NCBI GenBank assembly: GCA_030390025.1
Contig: CM059432.1
Span: forward strand, 44,952,001 to 45,016,000
Direction of reading: 5' to 3'
Length of the DNA: 64,000 nucleotides
From: Squalus acanthias
Lineage: Eukaryota
Positions 49,595 through 63,295 of the stretch are shown here, piece by piece. A program made the translations under genes and the position numbers. How positions within the stretch are numbered: the first letter of the stretch is position 1; each line of letters begins with the position of its first letter. The notes under the pieces are model-generated. The model did no database searches. It had not been told where the DNA came from and saw nothing but the letters and a program-made list of their open reading frames with translations.

Positions 49595-51168
49595 ATCATA
49601 GAATCATAGAATCATAAAATCGTTACAGCACAGAAGGAGGCTATTCGGCCCATCGAGCCCGTGCCAGCTCTCTGAAGGAGCACTTCAGCTAGTCCCACTC
49701 CCCTGCCCTTTCCCTGTAACCCTGCAATTTTTTTCCTTCAGGTACTTATCCAATTCCCTTTTGAAAGCCATGATTGAATCTGCCTCCACCACCATTTCAG
49801 GCAGTGCATTCCAGATCATAACCACTCGCTGCGTAAAAAAGCTTTTCCTCATGTTGCCTTTGGTTCTTCTGCCAATCACCTTAACTCTCTGTCCTCTGGT
49901 TCTCGACCCTTCCGCCAATGGGAACAGTTTCTCTCTATCTACTCTGTCTAGACCCCTCTTGATTTTGAACACCTTTATCAAATCTCCTCTCAAGTTTCTC
50001 TACTCTGAGGAGAATAACCCCAGCTTCTCCAGTCTATCCACGTAACTGAAGACCTTCGTCCCTGGAACCATTCTTGAAAGTCTTTTCTGCACCCTCTCTA
50101 AGGCCTTCACATCCTTCCTAAAGTGCACTGCCCAGAATTGGACACAATACTCCAGTTAGGCTGAACCAGTGTTTTATAAAGGTTCATCATAACTTCCTTG
50201 CTTTTGTACTCTATACCTCTATTTATGAAGCCCAGGATCCTGTATGCTTTTTTAACCGCTGTCTCAACCTGCCCTGCCACCTTCAACGATTTGTGCACAT
50301 ATACGCCCAGGTCTCTCTGTTCATGCACCCCCTTTAGAATTGTACCCTTTAGTTTATATTGTCTCTCCTCGTTCTTCCTACCAAAATGTATCACTTCACA
50401 TTTTTCTGCATTAAATTTCATCTGCCATGTGTCTGCCTATTCCACCAGCCTGTCTATGTCATCTTGAAGTCTATCACTCTCCTCCTCACTGTTCACTATA
50501 CTTCCAAGTTTTCTGTCATCTGCAAATTTTGAAATTGTGCCCTGTACACCCAAGTCCAAACATTAATATATATCAAGAAAAGCAGTGGTCCTCGTACTGA
50601 CCCCTGGGGAACACCACTGTATAACTTCCTCCAGTCCGAAAAACAACCGTTCACCACTACTCTCTGTTTCCTGTCACTTAGCCAATTTTGTATCCATGCT
50701 GCCACTATCTCTTTTATTCCATGGGCTTCAACTTTGCTGGCAAGCCTATTATGTGACATTTTATCAAACACCTTTTGGAAGCCCATGTACACCACATCAA
50801 CCACATTACCCTCATCAACCCTCTCTGTTACCTCGTCAAAAAACTCAATCAAATTAGTTAAACACGATTTGCCTTGAACAAATCCATGCTGGCTTTCCTT
50901 AATTAATCCACACTTGTCCAAGTGACTGTTAATTTTGTCCTGCATTATCGTTTCTAAAAGCTTCCCCACTACCGAGGTTAAACTGACTGGTCTGTGGTTG
51001 CTGGGTTTATCCTTGCACCCTTTTTTGAACAACGGTGTAACATTTGCAATTCTCCAGTCCTGTGGTACCACCCCCTGTATCTAAGGAGGATTGGAAGATT
51101 ATGGCCAGTAACTTCGCAATTTCCACCCTTACTTCCTTCAGCATCCTAGGATGCATCCCATCCGGTCC
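49595..51168 (-). mobile_element. 5'-truncated CR1 family B (RT + tail)
   Basis: ORF pieces 49685-51071; (CATAGAAT)n tail. Confidence 0.95.
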
Positions 51169-51300
51169 CATCATTTTCCATTGAGTTCCTGAATGCAAGT
51201 CATTTAAGTAAATTAGACACAAAAGTGGTGTCAGCACCGAGCCCTGAGTTACCTATTTCTTTACTTCTGTGATGAGGTATGGTCATTGTAACTCACTATT

Positions 51301-52063
51301 GGCCCAGAAATTAGGCTCCCTGGCTTCCCGCGGGTGCAAGGATCCCGCGCACACCTACCTACCGCGCCTGCCGTTGACCTCTGGGCCCACAGGGACTTCA
51401 GCTCCTGGGCCTCCTGCAGCTGCCGGCGCGCAGTGCTTGTGTATCTCAGGGGAATAGTTAGTGCGATGCGTCCCCTGGGATCACATGGGCCATGGAGAGC
51501 CAATGGCAGCAGACCATCTTTCATTCATAGATTTGACAGGAAGACCTGTCAAATCTATGAATTGAAATCGGCCCCAAAACAACACCTAAACTTCAAATAA
51601 ATTAAAAAAAAAATCACATTTTTAAAATAACTATAAGTTAAATAAATTAACTACTTTAAACAAAAATTTAAATTTTTGAAAAAATTAAAATACTTTTTAA
51701 CAGTGCTAAAAATAAACTTACCTTTCTTTAAAGTATCTAAAAAAGATAAACCTGTTGAAAAATTTTTTAAATTGTAATTCATTAACCACTTACCTTGTTA
51801 AAAACGGGTCTTGCACCTCCTTTTTAAAAGCGCAGCTTCTTCAATACTTACCTTCCCGGAGAAACCTGAAAAAAAACCTAAGTTCGCTGCGTGCACGCAG
51901 CCTCTCCCGCGCACACGGTTCACCTCTCCACCCCTCCCTTCACGAGACCGGAAGTTCCAGTTTCCCGCACATGCGCAGTGCATGCAGGAAACCGGCACTT
52001 CAGGAGGCCTTACGGGTGAGTACACAGCGCGTACTTACCTGGCAAGTGCCGAATTTTTGGCCC
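51301..52063 (-). mobile_element. ~765-bp MITE family, copy 4 (reverse orientation)
   Basis: GGCCCAGAAATT...AATTTTTGGCCC with ATT TSD on both sides. Confidence 0.88.
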
Positions 52064-53579
52064 ATTATGTTTGATGTTGCACCTAACCTAATCTAGGATA
52101 TCGTTGGATCAGTGCATGATCCAAAGTTGGGAGTGTGCAACCCAAGCATATGTATTATATTGAAATTTTACCCATTTGATCAGAACTTGAAGGTGCATGT
52201 ATTACATCTAGTTAACACGAAGTAGGACATTTATATTTTCAATTTGTGTCTACTTGATAAAATATTCACAACTGGAATTGCCTCTACACATTTTTGCCTG
52301 ACGGTGAAATGAAAGCAGCCTTATTATATATCTATAAATACCGCACATACACAATGTTTGTTCCCTGTTTGATTTTACTTTTCATTTCAGATGAAGAATC
52401 ATGCTGAGAAGTCATTTCAATACTTCATGGTCCAAGCTCAACACCTGCTTCTCAGATTTTTATTTTAAAAGAAGCTCTTTTGACAACACCTCTTGAATTT
52501 AAATTCACCAGCGAGCAACCTCTTTGATGTTGAGACTTTTGACATTAGATGTCATCAGGAACCTAAGAGTACAGATATGGAGAGGTCATCAGTTTAAATG
52601 CCAAAAACAGTACATCAGGAGTGCAGGGACAATACAACATTTTTTGTTAGGCAAAGAGATTCAAAATCAATGGTTGAGACTGCTAAATAGACTGTTTCAA
52701 ACATACCTGTTTAACTGGTTTATATTTTATGCACTACACAGTTTGCCAGCTTTGTTATAGCTAAGGATTTGCTGAATGGCATTTGAACATGCAGAAGTGA
52801 AATAGCTGACTAAAAACATTTTAGATGGTTATCTCAATCATTCACCTCGTGACATGCCTTAACTATCAAATTCTGATGCTTTCTAAATTCATAATATAAT
52901 GCTTCATGTGCAGCATTGCTAACATGTTTTTAAATGGAGATCTGAAAATATGCTTAATATGCTTTTGGAGTGATTTAATCTGATTTGAACTGTGCCTATT
53001 CTAAAATCTTTAAAATGTATAATTTAAGTGGTATTACAGATATACTTTGCCTGAATGTTTTCCATAATAAAATAAAATAATGTAACATGGATTGTTTGTT
53101 GTTCCTTTACAAAAACCTATGTAAAGCAGCTTCATTTAATACGGCATCATCATAAAGCTATTTGCTTATGGCTCCAGAGACAGTATAAAAGGATTATATT
53201 TGATAATACATTTTATCATTCATGCACTGATTATCAAAAATTATGGGGTGGCTATCCAGAGTGTTGGTAATTTTATTTCCCAATGCCACCAAGGGCCACA
53301 TTGCACTCTGAATATAAAGCACCATTAGCCAATTATTAGGTACAATTATATAAGTGTATATTCCAGTATTTCAAAACTCATACACGATCAGCTATTGTAA
53401 TTCTCAGAGCAGGTTTTATTGCTGCAGAAAGACGTGAGGCAATATACTTCATCTTATTCTTTAATAACTGATGGTAATTTTATATTAATTCTATTTAAAC
53501 CTAATTGATGTATCAAGTATGACTACTAAGTATTGCAAAATCATCCCTTGGCAAATAATACATAACATTTGTATTACAT

Positions 53580-54250
53580 GAACCCAGAAATTGCTGCACA
53601 AATTGCTGCATCTCGCGACGAGCGTTGTGAAAGGATTTTTTACCTTACCCTTCAGATTGGATGATTTTTTGCACCGCAAATTGCTGAAAATGCAAATTGA
53701 TAATGGTGCGGTGAGGTTAACGGGACATCTGTGATCTCATGATTGTTGAGTCCAAAGGTATATTTCCTTAACCAATGAAATTGAAGGATAGAAAAAGAAA
53801 CAGAACAAATGATGGAGCAGGAAATGGGGTGAATTAGAGTCAAATTAGATACAGAAAGAGAAATAAAGAGAGGGAAAGAAAGATTGGATTAGGAGAGAGA
53901 GAGAAAAAAAGACAGAAAGGAAAAGTAAGAAAAAATTGAAAAAAAGGAAATTCTAAATTTTAAAAGTCTCTAGGAATAATGTACTACCTGCAGGAATGAT
54001 ACTCCACAGTTTCATTATTCCTTTTCTTGGGCCTCCAAGGTTGAGTTTCATGTCAGGACCATAAATCACATTAACAGGGTCCTTACAGCATGAATTACCA
54101 GCCCTAAATGGCTGTGGCGAGATTAATTTGTATTAACGCCACAAATCCAGCGATTTTATGACACACAACGGGGAGGCTCACGGCGATATGGTAATTTTTT
54201 TCAGTTTTGGCGAGGCTAATGGCGGGGCAGCACAAATCGTCCAGCAATTA
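53580..54250. mobile_element. Probable MITE with a purine-rich core
   Basis: CCCAGAAATTGCTG...CAGCAATT inverted ends; the right end is cut at the CR1. Confidence 0.5.
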
Positions 54251-54256
54251 GTGGCT

Positions 54257-57200
54257 CTTGATCCCCTTAACCTTAAGAAATATATCTAACTCCTTCTTGA
54301 ATATATTTAATGAATTGGACTCAACTGTCTTCTGTGGTAGAGAATTCCACAGGTTCACCACTCTCTGGGTGAAGAAATTCCTCCTCATCTCAGTCTGAAA
54401 TGGCTTACCCCTTATCTTTAGACTGTGACCCCTGGTCCTGGACTCCCCCGTCATCGGGAACATCCTTCCTGCATCTAGTGTGTCTAGTCCTGTTAGAATT
54501 TTATAAGTTTCAATGAGATCCCCTCTCATTCTTCTGAACTCTAGCGAATATAAGCCTAATCGACCCAATCTCTCTTCATACGTCATTCCTGCCATCCCAG
54601 GTATCAGTCTGGTGAATCTTCACTGCACTCCTCCATGGCAAGAACATCCTTCTTCAGATAAGGCAACCAAAACTGCACACGATACTCAAGATGTGGTCTC
54701 ACCAAGGCCCTGTACAACTGCAGCAAGACATCCTTGCTCCTGTACTCGAATCCTCTCGCTATGAAGGCCAACATACCATTTGCCTTCTTAACCGCCTGCT
54801 GCACCTGCATGCTTACCTTCAGCGACTGGTGCACAAGGACACCCAGGTCTTGTTGCACTTCCCCTTTTCCCAATCTATTGCCATTCAGATAATAATCTGC
54901 TTTCCTGTTTTTGCCATCAAAGTGAATAACCTTGCATTTATCCACGTTATACTGCATCTGCCATGCGTCTGCCCAATCACCCAACCTGTTCAAATCATAC
55001 TGGAGTTTCTCTGCATCCTCCTCACAGCACACACGCCCACCCAGCTTTGTGTCGTCTGCAAACTTGGAGATATTACTTCTAGTTCACTCGTCCAGATCAT
55101 TAATATATTTTGTGAATAACTGGGGTCCTAGCACCGATCCCTGCGGTACCCCACTAGTCACTGCCTGCCACTTGGAAAAAGACTCGTTTATTACAACTCT
55201 TTGCTTCCTGTCTGCCAATCAGTTTTCTATCTAAGTCAGTACCTTACCCCCAATCCCATGTGCTTTAACTTTGCACACTAATCTCTTATGCGGGACCTTA
55301 TCGAAAGCCTTCTGAAAGTCCAAATACACCACATCCACTGGTTCGCCCTTATCTATTCTACCAGTTACATCCTCAAAAAATTCCAGTAGATTAGTCAAGC
55401 ATGATTTACCTTTTGTAAATCCATGTTGACTTTGTCCGATCCTGTCACTGTTTTTCAAGTGCTCTGCTATTACATCTTTTATAATGGACTCTAGCATTTT
55501 CCCCACTACTGATGTCAGGCTTACCGGTCTATAATTCCCCGTTTTCTCTCTACCACCTTTTTTAAATAGTGGGGTTACATTAGCTACCCTCCAATCCATG
55601 GGAACTGTTCCAGAGTCTATAAAATTTGGAAGATGACCAGCAATGCATCTACTATTTCTAGGCCAACTTCCTTAAGTACCCTAGGATGTAGATTATCAGG
55701 CCCTGGGGATTTATCGGCCTTCAAACCTGTCAATTTCCCTAACACCATTTCCCTACAAATACTGATTTCATTCAGTTCCTCCCTCTCATTAGAACCTATG
55801 TTCCCCGACATCTCTGGGAGGTTTTTTGTGTCCTCCTTTGTGAAGACAGAACCAAAGTATGTATTTAATTGGTCTGCCATTTCTTTGTTCCCCATTATAA
55901 ATTCCCCTGATTCTGACTGCAAGGGACCTACGCTTGACTTCACCAATCTTTTTCCCTTTATATATCTATAGAAGCTTTTACAGTCAGATTTTATGTTCCC
56001 TGAAAGCTTACTCTCATACTCTATTTTCACCCTCTTAATGAATCCCTTTGTCGTCCTTTGCTGAATCTAAACTGCTCCCAATCCTCAGGTTTGCTGCTTT
56101 TTCTGGCCAATTTATATGTCCTCTCCTTGGATCTTTTGCTATCCCTAATTTCCCTTGTTAGCCACAGTTGAGTCACCTTATTTGTTTTATTTTTATGCCA
56201 AACAGGGATAAGGAACTACAGAATTTGTTCATCCCAGTGTGGCATAAGAATAAAACAAAAAGGGTGACTCAACCGTGGCTCACAAGGGAAATTAGGAATA
56301 GCATAAGATCCAAGGAGAGGGCATTTAAATTGGACAGAAAAAGCGGTAGCCCTGAGGATTGGGAGCAGTTTAGGATTCAACAAAAGAGGACAAAGGGATT
56401 AATTAAGAAGGGGAAAATAGAATATGAAAGTAAGCTTGCTGGGAACATAAAAACTGACTGTAAGAGCTTTTATAGATATGTGAAGAGAAAAAGATTAGTG
56501 AAATCAAGTGTAGGTCCCTTGCAGTCAGAAGTGGGGGAAGTTATAATGGGGAACAAAGAAATGGCAGACCAATTAAATGCATATTTTGGTTCTGTCTTCA
56601 CAAAGGAGGACACAGATAACCTCCCAGAGACGTTGGAGAACATACAGTCTGATAAAAGGGAGGAACTGAAAGAAATCAGTATTTGCAGGGTAATGGTATT
56701 AGGGAAATTGACGGGATTGAAGGCCGATAAATCCCCAGGGCCTGATAATCTACATCCTACGGTACTTAAGGAAGTGGCCCTAGAAATAGTAGATGCATTG
56801 CTGATCATTTTCCAACATTCGATGGAATCTGGAACTGTACCATTGGATTGGAGGGTAGCTAATGTTACCCCACTATTCAAAAAGGGGGGTAGAGAGAAAG
56901 CGGGGAATTACAGACCGGTAAGCCTGACATCGGTATTGGGGAAAATGCTAGATTCCATTACAAAGGATGTAATAGCTGAGCACTTGAAAAACAATGACAG
57001 GATTGGACAAAGTCAACATGGATTTACAAAAGGTAAATCGTGCCTGACTAATCCACTGGAATTTTTTGAGGATGTAACTGGGAAAATAGATAAGGGAGAA
57101 CCAGTAGATGTGATGTATTTGGACTTTCAAAAGGCTTTCGATAAGGTCCCGCATAAGAGATTAGCGTGTAAAGTTAAGGCACATGGGATTGGGGGCAAGG

Positions 57201-59445
57201 TATTGACTTGGATAGAGAACTGGTTGGCGGACAGAAAGCAGAGAGTAGGAATTAATGGGTCTTTTTCTGAGTGGCAAGCAGTGACTAGTGGGGTACCGCA
57301 GGGATCGATCCTTGGACCCCAGCTATTCACAATATACATTAATGATCTAGATAAGGGAACTAAATGTAATATCTGCAAGTTTGCAGATGACACAAAGCTG
57401 AGTGGGATTGTGTGCTGCGAGGAGGATACCGAGAAACTCCAGGATGATTTGGACAGGTTGGATGAGTGGGCAGAAGCGTGGCAGATGCAATATAAGATGG
57501 ATAAGTGCGAGGTTATCCACTTTGGTGTCAAAAACAGAAAGACAGACTATTATCTGAATGGCAATAGATTGGGAGAAGGGGAAGTGCAACGAGACCTGGG
57601 TGTCCTTGTGCACCAGTCACTGAAAGTAAGCATGCAGGTGCAGCAGGCGGTGAAGAAGGCAAATGGTATGTTGGCCATTATAGCGAAAGGGTTTGAGTAT
57701 AGGAACAGGGATGTCCTGCTGCAGTTGTACAGGGCCTTGGTGAGACCACACCTTGAGTACTGTGTGCAGTTTTGGTTGCCTTATCTGAGGAAGGATGTTC
57801 TTGCCATGGAAGGAGTTCAGCGAAGATTCACAAGGCTGATACCTGGGATGGCAGGAATGACATATGAGGAGAGATTGGGTTGATTGGGCTTATACTCGCT
57901 GGAGTAGCGAAACATATAAAATTCTGACAGGTCTGGACAAACTAGATGCAGGAAGAATGTTCCCGATGGTCGGAGAGTCCAGAACCAGGGATCATAATCT
58001 AAGGATAACGGGTAAGCCATTTAGGACAGAAATGAGGAAGAATTTCTTCACCCAGAGAGTGGTGAACATGTGGAATTCTCTAACACAGAAGGTAGTTGAG
58101 GCCAAGTCATTAAATATATTTAAGAATGAGTTAGATATATTTCTTAAAGTTAAAGGTATCAAGGGATATGGGGAGAAGGCAGGTACAGGGTACTGAGTTT
58201 GGATGATCAGCCATGATCTCATCGAATGGCGGAGCAGGCTCGAGGGGCTGAATGGCCTACTCCTGCTCCTATCTTCTATGTTTCTATGGATGAACAAATT
58301 CTGTAGTTCATCCATGCGATCTTTAAATGTTTGCCATTGCCGATCCACCGTCAACCCTTTAAGTAACATTCCCCAATCCATCCTAGCCAACTCGCGCCTC
58401 ATACCATCATACTTTCCTTTATTTAAATTCAGGACCCTAGTCTCTGAGTGAACTACTTCACTCTCCATCTTAATGAAGAATTCTATCATATTATGATCGC
58501 TCCTCCCCAAGGGGCCTCGCACAACAAGATTGCTAATTAATCCTTTCTCATTACATAATACCCAGTCTAAGATGGCCTGATCTCCAGTTGGTTCCTCGAC
58601 ATATTGGTCCAGGAAACCATCCCGTATACACTCTAGGAATTCCTCCTCCACAGTATTGTTACTAATTTGGTTAGCCCAATCTATATGTAGATTAAAGTCA
58701 CCCATGATAACTGCTGTGCCCTTATTGCACGCATCTCTAATTTCCCGTTTAATGCCATCCCCAACCTCAGCATTACTGTTTGGGGGTCTGTATACAACTC
58801 CCACTAACGTTTTCTGCCCCTTGGTATTTCTCAGCTCTACCCATACCGATTCCACATCATCAGAGCTAATATCCTTCCTTACTATTGTGTTAGTCTCCTC
58901 TTTAACCAGCAATGCTACCCCACCTCCATTTCCTTTTTGCCTGTCCTTCCTGAATATTGAATACCCCTGGATGTTGAATTCCCAGCCTTGGTCACCCTGG
59001 AGCCATGTCTCCGTGATCCCAATTATATCATATCCGTTTACATCTATTTGCGCAGCTAATTCATCCACCTTATTATGAATGCGCCTCGCATTAAGACACA
59101 GACCTTCAGGCTTGTTTTTTTAACACTCTTAGTCCATTTAAAATTATTGTTTACTGTGGCCATGTTTGATTTACACCCTTGATTTCTCTGCCTTCCACTT
59201 TTGCTTTTCTCCTTCCTGTCTTTTGTTTCAATTCTTGCTTCCTTTTCCTCTGTCTCCCTGCACAGGTTCCCAACCCCCTGCCATTTTAGTTTAAACCCTC
59301 CCCAACAGCACTAGCAAACACTCCCCCTAGGTCATCGGTCCCGGTCCTGCCCAGGTGCAAACCGTCCAGTTTGTACTGGTCCCACCTCCCCCAAAACCGG
59401 TTCCAATGTCCCAGGAATTTGAATCCCTCCCCCTTGCACCATTCT
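54257..59445 (-). mobile_element. CR1 family A copy (end of ORF1 + ORF2), split at 56209/58288 by an antisense CR1
   Basis: ...[12 protein letters not shown] (58288) continues as PVWHKNK (56209). Both halves closely match the 18933-25250 element. GGAT is duplicated at the two junctions. Confidence 0.92.
56210..58287 (+). mobile_element. 5'-truncated CR1 of a sister subfamily with a long open RT frame
   Basis: ORF 56168-57883 carries the RT motifs. It has its own TTCTATGTTTCTAT tail and differs from the host at many residues. Confidence 0.95.
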
Positions 59446-59582
59446 GCAATATCAATATCAATAAGAAAACTCAAATAGAAAATGTTCAATATTGTGAGGA
59501 TATGAGCACTCCGTAAATAATTAAACATGGATCATCCTGATTGTGCTTGTTCTTTAATATGCACATCTACTACAAGGGCTGA

Positions 59583-61650
59583 AACAACAACAAAAAATGC
59601 TGGAAACACTCAGCAGGTCAGGCAGCATCGTGGAGAGAGAAACACAGTTAACGTTTCGGGTCGATGACCCTTCGTCAGAACTGGAAAAATTTGGAGAAGT
59701 AACAGATATTTAAGTAAGTGTAGGAGCAGGGAAAGTGAGGAGGGGAGGAAAGAACAAAGGGAAGGTCTGTGATAGGATGGAAGGCAGGAGAGATTCAAAG
59801 ACAAAAGGGATGATGGTGCATGGCAAAAGGAGATGGTAATAGGACAAGTTAAGAAACAAAAGATGACTCTAGATGAGGTATAAATGCCATTGGCAGAATC
59901 ATCAACAGCTGCCATGTGAGAGAAGAAAGAAAACATAGGGGCCGAGGTTATAGTCTGAAATTTTTGAACTCGATGTTGAGTCCAGAAGGCTGTAAAATGC
60001 CTAATTGAAAGATGAGGTGCTGTTCCTCGAGCTTACGCTGAGCTTCGTTGGAACAGTGTAAGAGGCCGAGGACAGAGAGATCAGAGTGGGAGTGGAGCGG
60101 AGAATTAAAGTGACAGGCGACCAGAAGCTTGGGGTCATGCTTACGGACTGAACGGAAGTGTTCTGCAAAGGGGTCACCCAATCTGCATTTGGTCTCCCCA
60201 ATGTAGAGGAGACCGCATCGTGAGCAGCGAATACAGTACACTAAATTGCAAGAAGCACAAGCAAATCGCTGTTTCAACTGGATGGAGTGTTTGGGGTCCT
60301 GGACAGTGGAAAGGGAGGAGGTAAAAGGGCAGGTGTTGCATCTCCTGCGCTTGCATGGGAAGGTGCCGGGCAAAGAGAAAGGGGGGTTGGGGGTGATAGA
60401 GGAGTGGACCAGGGAGTCACGGAGTGAGCGGTCCCTTTGGAATGCTGAAAGGGGGGGCGGGGTGAGGGGAAGATGTGTTTGGTGGTGGGATCACGCTGGA
60501 GGTGGTGGAAATGGCGAAGGATGATCCGTTGACTGTAGAGGCTGGTGGGGTGAAAGGTGAGGACAAGGGGAACCCTATCATGGTCCTGGGAGGGAGGGGA
60601 AGGGGTGAGAGCAGAAGTATGGGAAATGGAACGGACACGGTCAAGGGCCATGTCAACCATGGTAGAGGGGAATCCTCGGTTGAGGAAAAAGGAAGACATA
60701 TCGGAAGCACTAGTATGGAAGGTGGCATCATCAGAACAGAACAGAGACGGAGAAACTGGGAGAATGGAATCAAGTCCTTACAGGAAGTGGGGTGGGAGGG
60801 AGTGTAGTCCAGCTAGCTGTGGGAGTCAGTGGGCTTGTAGTGGATGTTTGTCGATAGCCTATCCCCAGAAATGGAGACAGAGAAGTTGAGGAAGGGAAGG
60901 GAAGAGTCAGAGATGGACCATGTGAAGGTGAGGAAAGGGTTGAAATTGGAAGCAAAGTGAATGAAATTTTCTAGTTCAGGGCGAGAGCAGGAAATGGCAC
61001 CAATATAGTCATCAATGTACCAGAAAAAGGGGTGAGGGAGGGGACCTGAGTAGGACTGGAACAAAGAATGTTCCACATATCCCACAAAAAGGCAAGCATA
61101 GCTCGGACCCATGCAGGTTCCCATAGCAACACCTTTAATTTGGAGGAAGTGAGTGGAGTCAAGGAGAAGTTGTTCAATGTGAGAACAAGTTCAGCCAGGC
61201 GGAGGAGGATGGTGGTGGGTGGAGATTGGTTGGGCCTCTTTTCAAGGAAGAAGTGGAGCGCCCTCAGGCCGTCCTGGTGGGGGATGGAGGTGCAGAGGGA
61301 ATGGACATCCATAGTGAAAAGGAGACGGTTGGGGCCAGGAAACTGGAAACTGTTAAGTGGTGGAGGGGGTCGGAAGAGTCGCGAATGTAGGTGGCAAGAG
61401 ACTGGACAAGGGGAGAAAAAATAGAGTCGAGATAGGAAGAAATCAGTTCCATGGGGCAAGAACAGGCTGAAACGATGGGTCTACCAGGGCAGCCCTGTTT
61501 GTGGATCTTGGGAAAGATATAGAAGCGGGCTGTGTGGGTTTGGGGGACTATGAGGTTGACAGCCATGGAGGGAAGATCTCCAGAGGAGATGAGGTCAGTG
61601 ACAGTCTTGGAAACAATGGCTTAATGTTTGGTAGTCGGTTCATGGTCCAG
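59583..61650 (-). mobile_element. Penelope-like retrotransposon (RT + GIY-YIG + terminal repeat), frameshifted and 5'-truncated
   Basis: ARFYIFPKIHK..PGRPIVS; FTMDVHSL; MGTCMGPSYACLF; YIDD; NLVYCIRCSRCGLLYIGET...EEQHLIF...GLN. Confidence 0.93.
59645..59683 (-). ncRNA. Minimal hammerhead ribozyme motif
   Basis: CAGTT-CTGACGA-AGGGTCATCGACCC-GAAA-CGTTAACTG: stem II GGGTC/GACCC, stem I CAGT/ACTG. Confidence 0.78.
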
Positions 61651-62749
61651 GCTGTGTGGATTGAATAATTTACAATTGTGCCATATGAAACTCGAAATTC
61701 ATGACAGCAAAAGAAATTCCAATTCATTAGCTAAAATAACAAGATGTTTCTTTCCATTTATTAAAGGCAGTAGAAATGAAAGCTTGATGCACAGCTATTT
61801 ATCTCATCTTCTGTGTGTCCCGGAAACAATTGTTGTGCTGTCAAATTTCACAGTTGTTTTAAAGTCCATTACTATAGATAGACAATGGAACTGAAAGTTA
61901 ATCTGAAGGAATAGGGGCACCATTGCTGATGAAGTGTTCTTTTCTTTCCACAATTTTCTTTTTAAAAATATTCTGCACCATATGACCAGTGTAGAGATTA
62001 GTCTTGAAACCAAAATTATATAGTAGCAGTTGTTATTCTTTATTACAATGCTGAGTCTTTAAACATCGTTTGGCACCTTTTATGACATATTTAAGGATAA
62101 CATTTAAAACATAAGTTCGATTGTCAGGTTTTTTTCTGCTGACAGTGTGGTAGGATTTACTTTGTTCACAACAGGTATGTTTAACAAACCTATGCTCCAG
62201 GTATGAGGCTTGACTTGATGAAAAGCCTCGAGTAATTAATCTTCATCAGAGCTAATACCTTTGGATCAGTTGATTTCTTTCAAGTGCACTTCCCCTTGTT
62301 CCTTTTTACACTGCTTTGATCTTAAACAAAGTGATGTTCCGCAAGCTGTAGACATTTTCCTGATAAAAAATATGACCATAAAGTAATGAAATATTAACAT
62401 TTTTTGAAAACTAAAGCGTTGAAAAGAAAAAGGACCCTTTGCAACAACACAAGGACTAAATTTCAAACTTTGAACCTTGGCAAGTAGGAAAGTTATAATT
62501 TTTGTTTTAATCTAATTCCAGATTTGTAATTGGAAATACGATATCACATTCCTCATTTGATAGAGGATTGATAAATGCACCATCTACTGTGGTTAGGAGT
62601 CACACTGACCGAGAAGATGCTTCCTATGATCAATGACCTATGCTGAGTTAGCAGATTTGATGTCCCCAGATTAGGCTGGGAATAATCAACTATGGGGTTG
62701 CTACCAAGCACCATCCAATGACCTCCTACTGGAATATGTGTCAGACATT

Positions 62750-63295
62750 TGGCCAGGACAAAATCTGGCTTGGCTGCAACATTCTTATGGGACTAGTGTA
62801 CAGACACACAGGTAGATCTTGACTTTTGGACGGCCGACCAGTCACGAATTTTGAGGCCCAGGCCTTGTTTGAATCTGACCATCGAGGTATGGATGCCAAA
62901 CGGGCGTCCTGTGGCAGCTCGCTGGTTTTCAGCCACAGGAATGTTGGCCAGCTGGGAGGTGAAGGGAGGAATGCGCGGCCGAGGGGGCAAACCCAAGCTG
63001 GCAGCGGCCCGCAGTATATTTGTGGGGTCAAGAAGAGCTTAACTGTGGCCTGCCAACTGATGCTGGACAGAGCGTGCACCAAAATGGCAATTGGGGTCCT
63101 ACGTATGTCATAGGACCCAGATTTGAATTTTAAATGGGCCTACCCCCTGATTCAAGGGCCCTTCGGCCACCCAACAGTGCACTCATGAGAGGATTGCTGT
63201 GGCCACAGCAACGGTAGGAATGAGGGCGGTAAGTCCTTCCCCGCACTTTTTGAGGTGCTACCACCTTGTTTCCATCGGCCTCAAATTTCAACCCA
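62750..63295. mobile_element. Degenerate GC-rich MITE-like element
   Basis: GC/CpG-rich block ending AAATTTCAACCC, like the other TIR ends. Confidence 0.4.

Noticed and set aside
56168..57883. 571-aa ORF as a host or domesticated gene
   Set aside because: It is a CR1 RT. Its N-terminus is read from the antisense host across the junction, it lacks the endonuclease, and it ends at a premature stop.
57992..59068. 358-aa stand-alone endonuclease gene
   Set aside because: It is the CR1 APE domain reading through the junction into the antisense tail of the inserted copy.
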